From the IMG/VR virus record IMGVR_UViG_3300031787_000096, positions 2,866 to 66,865 of that record: a stretch of DNA of 64,000 bases; one strand, written 5' to 3'. A program made the translations under genes and the position numbers. This stretch comes from a virus. This document shows positions 59,304 through 64,000 of this stretch, in pieces. Within the stretch, counting starts at the first letter, position 1; each line of letters opens with the position of its first letter. The notes under the pieces were generated by a model. That model did no database searches. It was given only the letters and a program-made list of their open reading frames with translations, and was not told the DNA's origin.

Positions 59304-59545
59304 GCGAGAGCCATCGCCCCCGGCCGCCACGCCGCTACGGCGAGCAGCCCCGTTCTCTGGCTGGTCGCCATTTCATCCAGACCCAGGTGCGCAGCGATGT
59401 ATTCCTCCGGATCCGAGAGGTGATGGAGAGGCACAACATCTCCGCCAGCGGAGCGGTGCATCACCTGCTGCGCGAGCGCTTTGGCTTGCCGCCCCTGCCT
59501 CCGTTCGATCAACCCCCGATTTCCACCAATTCATCCGATGGCTAA
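59300..59545 (+). CDS. RHH-like small regulator
   Basis: FIQTQVRSDVF...NISASGAVHHLL. Confidence 0.6.
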   Translation: MSESHRPRPPRRYGEQPRSLAGRHFIQTQVRSDVFLRIREVMERHNISASGAVHHLLRERFGLPPLPPFDQPPISTNSSDG

Positions 59546-60125
59546 AGACATTTTTCGCAGCCCCCTCGCCGAAGTGCGCTGGGCCCACCTGATCACCCCA
59601 AGGCATCAGCTCGACAAGAGCAAACCCAAGGCCTGGACAGCAGACCTACTGCTTCCTAACAGCGACGAGAAAGCCCAGTCTTTCCTGCTGGCGATGGAGG
59701 ACCAGTTCATCGCCCTGCACGGCAGCCGGAAGCGCCGCGCCGAGAAAGGCTTCCCCTGGAAGCCCGACAAGGAGAAGCCCAGCGACGTCACCGTGGTGCG
59801 CTTCAAGGTGCCGCAGTTCCAGCGGCGTGACGGCTCCCTTTCCGAGGGGCCCCGCATCGTCGATGCCAAAAAGCAGCCCTGGGATGGGGCTGCCATCGGC
59901 AACGGCTCCAAGGTTGTCGTCGCCTTTGACATCTACGACTGGGACGGCGAGAACGGCTGCGGCATGACCTTCCAGCCCCGCGCCGTTCAAGTGGTCGACT
60001 TCGTGCCCTACGAGCAGGTCGACCCCACCGACGGCTTCGAGGAGGTCGAGGGCTACACCACCACCGGCAGTGGTGCCGGTGATTGGAGCACTGGCGCTGC
60101 CGACGACGGTGAGGAGTTGTTCTGA
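59538..60125 (+). CDS. ssb: T7 gp2.5-like single-stranded DNA-binding protein
   Basis: VRWAHL..P, IGNGSKV, AVQVVD; acidic tail ending in Phe. Confidence 0.8.
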   Translation: MAKDIFRSPLAEVRWAHLITPRHQLDKSKPKAWTADLLLPNSDEKAQSFLLAMEDQFIALHGSRKRRAEKGFPWKPDKEKPSDVTVVRFKVPQFQRRDGSLSEGPRIVDAKKQPWDGAAIGNGSKVVVAFDIYDWDGENGCGMTFQPRAVQVVDFVPYEQVDPTDGFEEVEGYTTTGSGAGDWSTGAADDGEELF

Positions 60126-60429
60126 TGCCGCTCGATCGTCAGGGCATCAACTCCGGGGCCTGGAGCGGCAGGCCCCCGCACCGGCCCGGTCCCCAGCTGC
60201 CTGCTTTCTGCCGCACCCGCCGGCCCACCACCGTCGCGGTCACGGCCTCCAGCCTGGCTTGCCTGCGCGGGCTGGTGCTGCTGGGGCTGGCATTTCAGCT
60301 CAGCACCCTGCTGCTCGTGCTCGCCGGGCCCGTGCCGCCGCGGCCGATGGCCAGCACCAACACCGTCTTCCGCCCCGATGCCGGCACGAATGCCGGTGAG
60401 GTCCACCCCGTCACACCGCACTCAGACCG

Positions 60430-61230
60430 ATGAACAAGACGACGACGTCATCCCATTCAGCTGCAACTCTCGCCTCGATGGATCACCCCGCTCTGGTCTC
60501 CCGCTCCTGGAATGGCACGCCGATTTCTCGGCGCACCGCCGACGGCTATGTCAATGCCACGGCCATGTGCAGGGCCAACGGCAAGCAATGGTCGAAGTAC
60601 CGGGAGAGCGACCGCTGCCAGACCTATCTCGATGCCCTGGCTGAAACCTCCGAAATTCGGATGTTTGACCTGATCGAGTCCCGCCAGGGTCAGGGCGGCG
60701 GAACCTGGGTCCATCCCCAGGTCGCGGTCGATCTGGCCCGCTGGATCAGCGCACCGTTCGCGGTGTGGATGGACGGCTGGTTCCTGGAGAGCATCCAGCA
60801 ACCCCAACCGGCACCGGTGCAAGAAAGCACGCTGCAGCTCAGGGAAGCCGAGGTGATCGCCCTGGTGGAACGCAGCATCGTCGTGTTCGAGCGGCTCGGC
60901 GGCCTGGATGAACGCGACCAGCTCCTGTTCAAGGACATCGTGCGCAGCAAAGTCTTGACCGCCAGCGCGGGACTGCTGTCAGACGATGCCGTTGATGAAG
61001 AGCTCACCCTCAGCGATGCCTGGCTGGAAGTGTTCCAGCAAGTGCTGCCGCGAACCAAATACCGCTCGGCCGGGATGCTTGTGGCCGAGGCCTACCGGAA
61101 CGACTTCGGGCAGGAGCCGCCGCTGCGTCAGCAATATGTAGATAGCGCCCCGCGCCAGGTCAAGAGCTACCGCCGCTCCTGGCTGATCGAGACCCTGAAG
61201 CGCTTGCGGGCGCAACTGACAGGGGGCTGA
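60430..61230 (+). CDS. KilA-N domain protein (antirepressor-like)
   Basis: DGYVNATAMC, GTWVHPQVAVDLARWISAPFAVW. Confidence 0.9.
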   Translation: MNKTTTSSHSAATLASMDHPALVSRSWNGTPISRRTADGYVNATAMCRANGKQWSKYRESDRCQTYLDALAETSEIRMFDLIESRQGQGGGTWVHPQVAVDLARWISAPFAVWMDGWFLESIQQPQPAPVQESTLQLREAEVIALVERSIVVFERLGGLDERDQLLFKDIVRSKVLTASAGLLSDDAVDEELTLSDAWLEVFQQVLPRTKYRSAGMLVAEAYRNDFGQEPPLRQQYVDSAPRQVKSYRRSWLIETLKRLRAQLTGG

Positions 61231-61466
61231 TGGACACGCCGACAACGTCATCCCGCCAGCGGGTCTGGGTCACGACGGCAGAAGCCTGCGCTGCTTTGGG
61301 GATGAGCCGGGAGACCCTCCGTCAGCTGCGGCTGCGGGGGGTGCTCACCCCTGGCAAGCACTACCGCCGCTGGGGCTGCACCCAGGGTCGGGGGCCACTG
61401 CAGTGGCACCTGGAGAACGTGGAGGCCACGATCACCGGCTGGAGCCGGCGCCATCTAAGTCAGTGA
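61230..61466 (+). CDS. xis: excisionase-like HTH protein
   Basis: WVTTAEACAALGMSRETLR..GVLTPGKHYRR. Confidence 0.75.
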   Translation: MDTPTTSSRQRVWVTTAEACAALGMSRETLRQLRLRGVLTPGKHYRRWGCTQGRGPLQWHLENVEATITGWSRRHLSQ

Positions 61467-61527
61467 GCAGGGTTGCAGACGTGGCCGCTCTTCCTACGGT
61501 TCGGGATGGCGGCCTGCCTATTGCCTT

Positions 61528-62436
61528 GTGTCTCTGCGACCCCGTTTCATTGCCACCCTGATCGGACTGGGTGCCCTCTGCGGCAGTCCGGCGGTGGCCC
61601 AGGTCCTGAAGATGGACTACCAGAACAACCGCATGAGCGGTTCGTTGCGCAGTGGCGCGGTGGAGGTCAGCGCACAACAGCAGCGGCGGATCAATGAGTA
61701 CGGATCGAACGTGCTGCAACCGATGGCGGTTGTTCGCGTCAATGGCAACGAGGTCGGCCGCCTAGTTGGTGCTGAGAAATCGGGCGGCAGTCCAGCAGCG
61801 GTGGTTCAGATCGCAGAGATGGACCCATCAAACCCCTACCCCGAAGTTCTGCTCTCTTCCTTCACGGGAGGGGCTCATTGCTGCAACCAGATTCAGGTAC
61901 TCACCAGTGACCGCAGCGGCCAGATCTGGCGAGAGGTGACACTCGGACCCTTTGACGGAGGTGAATCACCGGCAGAGGACCCGCTCGGAAATGGTCGCTT
62001 CCTGATCGTTGACGTCGATAACCGCTTTCTCTATCGCTTCGACTGCTACGCCTGCAGCACGGCGCCTGCACGCATCTGGGAACTCCAAGGAAATGAGTTC
62101 GTGGATATTACCCATCAGCCTGAGTTTAGACCGATCCATCGCCGCAACCTGCAGCGCATGGCCGAATGGTTCAAACAAAAAAACCCTGGATCACCCAATG
62201 GGTTTCTGGCCGGTTACGTCGCCAACAAGGCGCTGGTGGGCGAGCTGTATGACGGATGGGACCGTATGACACAGCGCTACGACGCGTCTTCCGACTGGGG
62301 GCTGAAGGAGTGCAAGGGAGATCTAGATGACAACGGCAAGTGTCTTGGTCGTGAAATCGTCTACAGGTCGTTCCCGGAAGCCTTGCGGGCTTTTCTGATC
62401 GAGACTGGTTACATCAAGCCAACTGGTGAGCAGTAG
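61528..62436 (+). CDS. secreted/periplasmic hypothetical protein
   Basis: Signal peptide (AVA-Q); TGGAHCC motif. Confidence 0.75.
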   Translation: MSLRPRFIATLIGLGALCGSPAVAQVLKMDYQNNRMSGSLRSGAVEVSAQQQRRINEYGSNVLQPMAVVRVNGNEVGRLVGAEKSGGSPAAVVQIAEMDPSNPYPEVLLSSFTGGAHCCNQIQVLTSDRSGQIWREVTLGPFDGGESPAEDPLGNGRFLIVDVDNRFLYRFDCYACSTAPARIWELQGNEFVDITHQPEFRPIHRRNLQRMAEWFKQKNPGSPNGFLAGYVANKALVGELYDGWDRMTQRYDASSDWGLKECKGDLDDNGKCLGREIVYRSFPEALRAFLIETGYIKPTGEQ

Positions 62437-62454
62437 CTCTCTAAAACAAAAGAC

Positions 62455-63747
62455 TCACGATGCCTCCAGGCTCAGTCGCTGAGCAGCTTTTGTGAAGGCA
62501 TCATCCACCACATCGTCTCCGCACCAGCGGCTGTAGGCCGCCAGATGCGTCTGCACGCTGTGTCCCATCGCCGCGGCCACCACCTTGGGCGGCAGGTCGC
62601 AGATCACATGGGCCCGGTGGGCGTAGCCGTGCCGGCAGGAGTAGAGCACGAGCTTTTCTCCCTGTGCTTCGTACTGCTGGCGCAGGTGTTGCCAGTGATC
62701 ACGCCGCAGCAGGTAGCGGCTGAACGAATCCGAGCCGAAGCCAGCTCGCATGGGCGGCAGCTTTGCCGGATCAAAGGTCTCGAGGAGCTGCCAGTCCGTG
62801 GCCCATTGGTCACATGGCAGCAGCCGCAGTGGCCTCGGCTTGGTTTTGCCGCGAGAGGCAACCTTTTCATACGTGCACCAGAGCCGTCCATGGCGAAGCT
62901 GCAGATGCTGCAGCTCTTCGGGGCGCAGGCCAAAGGCGCAGAGCAGTTGGAAGGCAAACCGCCAGCGCGGGTCTGGGATGGCCTGCACCATCGCCAGGAT
63001 GTCTGGCACTGCGATCGGCGTCGTGACCGCGCGGCTCTCCCTCGATCGGCCGATGATCGTGGAGAGGTCCGGCGCCGGAGCCCATTGGGCTGGAAGCAGC
63101 TTCTGACTGACCGCCCAGCGCAGCAGAGCAGCGGTGTACTGAATTTGCAGTCTTCTGGTGCGGCAGCCAGGGCGCTGACTCCATAGATCAGCCTGTGCTT
63201 CCAGCAGCTGGGTGGCATCGCGGGCTGCCGGTGGCCCTTTCGCTGTCTTGAGAACCAACGCCATACGCGGCTTGTACAGCCGCTCCCAGGTTGTTTCCTT
63301 GATTTCGCCGCTGCGGAGCTTGTGATGCTGGTACCGGCGGATCAGGCCAGCCCAGTCGATTTGGATCGATCGGCTGGGTGTCGCGGGAGGTGGAGCACTG
63401 GGCTGCAGGCTTAAGGGCTGGCTGGGCAGGCTTTCTTCCTGGCGCCTGACATCAGCTTCTGCTTTGGCTGCAGCCAGCTCTGCAATGGCCTGCTCGAGTG
63501 TGACTCCGATCCGGAAGGCCTCATAGACCGCCACCACGCCGTCGCGGATGGCTTCTAGTTGGTCCGACTCCCACGGGTAGGGCAGGAGCAGCTGCTTGCG
63601 ATGCCCATCGACGGCGCGGGCGGTGATGTGAAGCCGGGCACGTCCCCTGAAATTCGACACCGTCCAGCCACTGCGGCAGCCCCTCTGGGTGAGGGCCCGC
63701 AGTACTCCGCCACGAAGCAGAACATCCCATTCCGGGGCCGCTGGCAT
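62455..63747 (-). CDS. int: tyrosine integrase
   Basis: FGLRPEE, KTK, YSCRHGY, MGHS...HLAAY. Confidence 0.9.
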   Translation of the reverse strand: MPAAPEWDVLLRGGVLRALTQRGCRSGWTVSNFRGRARLHITARAVDGHRKQLLLPYPWESDQLEAIRDGVVAVYEAFRIGVTLEQAIAELAAAKAEADVRRQEESLPSQPLSLQPSAPPPATPSRSIQIDWAGLIRRYQHHKLRSGEIKETTWERLYKPRMALVLKTAKGPPAARDATQLLEAQADLWSQRPGCRTRRLQIQYTAALLRWAVSQKLLPAQWAPAPDLSTIIGRSRESRAVTTPIAVPDILAMVQAIPDPRWRFAFQLLCAFGLRPEELQHLQLRHGRLWCTYEKVASRGKTKPRPLRLLPCDQWATDWQLLETFDPAKLPPMRAGFGSDSFSRYLLRRDHWQHLRQQYEAQGEKLVLYSCRHGYAHRAHVICDLPPKVVAAAMGHSVQTHLAAYSRWCGDDVVDDAFTKAAQRLSLEAS

Positions 63748-63779
63748 GTGAGAAGGTATGTGAGAAGGTCCTTCTCACA
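63747..63779. repeat. putative integrase arm-type / operator sites
   Basis: TGTGAGAAGG at 63747-63756 and 63759-63768; inverted CCTTCTCACA at 63770-63779. Confidence 0.7.
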
Positions 63780-63815
63780 GCCTGGCACGGGCGAGCAGAA
63801 GCCGGCAAAGCCTGC

Positions 63816-63852
63816 CAGCCCAAAAGCCAGTGACAGAAAGGCTTTTGGGCTG
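63816..63852. repeat. 13-bp inverted repeat (terminator or att accessory site)
   Basis: CAGCCCAAAAGCC-N11-GGCTTTTGGGCTG just 3' of the tRNA. Confidence 0.6.
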
Positions 63853-63874
63853 AGAATGCAGGTCCTGATTGAAA

Positions 63875-63948
63875 CGCCCCCTGTTGGATTCGAACCAACG
63901 ACCGGCTGCTTAGAAGGCAGCTGCTCTATCCGGCTGAGCTAAGGGAGC
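63875..63948 (-). tRNA. tRNA-Arg(TCT); probable integration site
   Basis: GCTCCCT acceptor stem, TAGCTCAG/GGATAGAGC D-arm, anticodon loop CT-TCT-AA, GGTTCGAATCC T-loop. Confidence 0.96.
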
Positions 63949-64000
63949 CTGCGGTGGTGGCCGGCTCGACCGGGCCAGCCCGGGGAACGGCCTGCCGGTC

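Larger units (their letters stand above)
1..63874. mobile_element. Prophage / phage-like integrative element at tRNA-Arg(TCT); left end lies outside the window
   Basis: Integrase adjacent to the tRNA 3' end, plus Xis, primase, TerS/TerL, portal, capsid and endolysin. A phage-type recombination gene continues to base 1. No second copy of the tRNA 3' end was seen. Confidence 0.85.

Noticed and set aside
60125-60433. 102-aa ORF between ssb and kilA-N
   Set aside because: Coupled on both sides but has no recognisable motif; could not be supported as a gene.

Overview
The window is almost entirely the right-hand ~64 kb of a temperate phage-like element integrated next to a tRNA-Arg(TCT) gene (63875-63948, -) in a high-GC picocyanobacterium. 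The host (Cyanobium/Synechococcus-like) is inferred from HIP1-type GCGATCGC sites, a Nif11-like protein and SigF-like sigma factors. Reading from the right: tyrosine integrase, excisionase, KilA-N, T7-gp2.5-like SSB, ERF-like annealase, XRE regulator, VRR-NUC, a VapBC plus ketopantoate-reductase insert, SF2 helicase, P4-like primase-helicase followed by an iteron-like origin, exonuclease, TerS/TerL, a sigma factor lacking region 4, portal, scaffold, major capsid, putative decoration and fibre genes, a lysis cassette and a second sigma factor. No tape-measure, tube, sheath or baseplate gene is recognisable. Lower-GC cargo comprises a PLD-Ski2 helicase, a four-gene type III R-M locus, a DUF488-DUF488-dual-OB module and a DUF6932-like pair. 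Two non-coding systems stand out. (1) Six long imperfect hairpins built on a CAAGG...CCTTG core each lie 46-56 nt upstream of a + strand gene and resemble plasmid leading-region ssDNA promoters, which is unexpected in a terminase/portal phage. (2) A TGGCAANAGC motif precedes six - strand structural genes and is a candidate late promoter for the region-4-less sigma factor. All calls come from motif reading by eye; no database searches were run.
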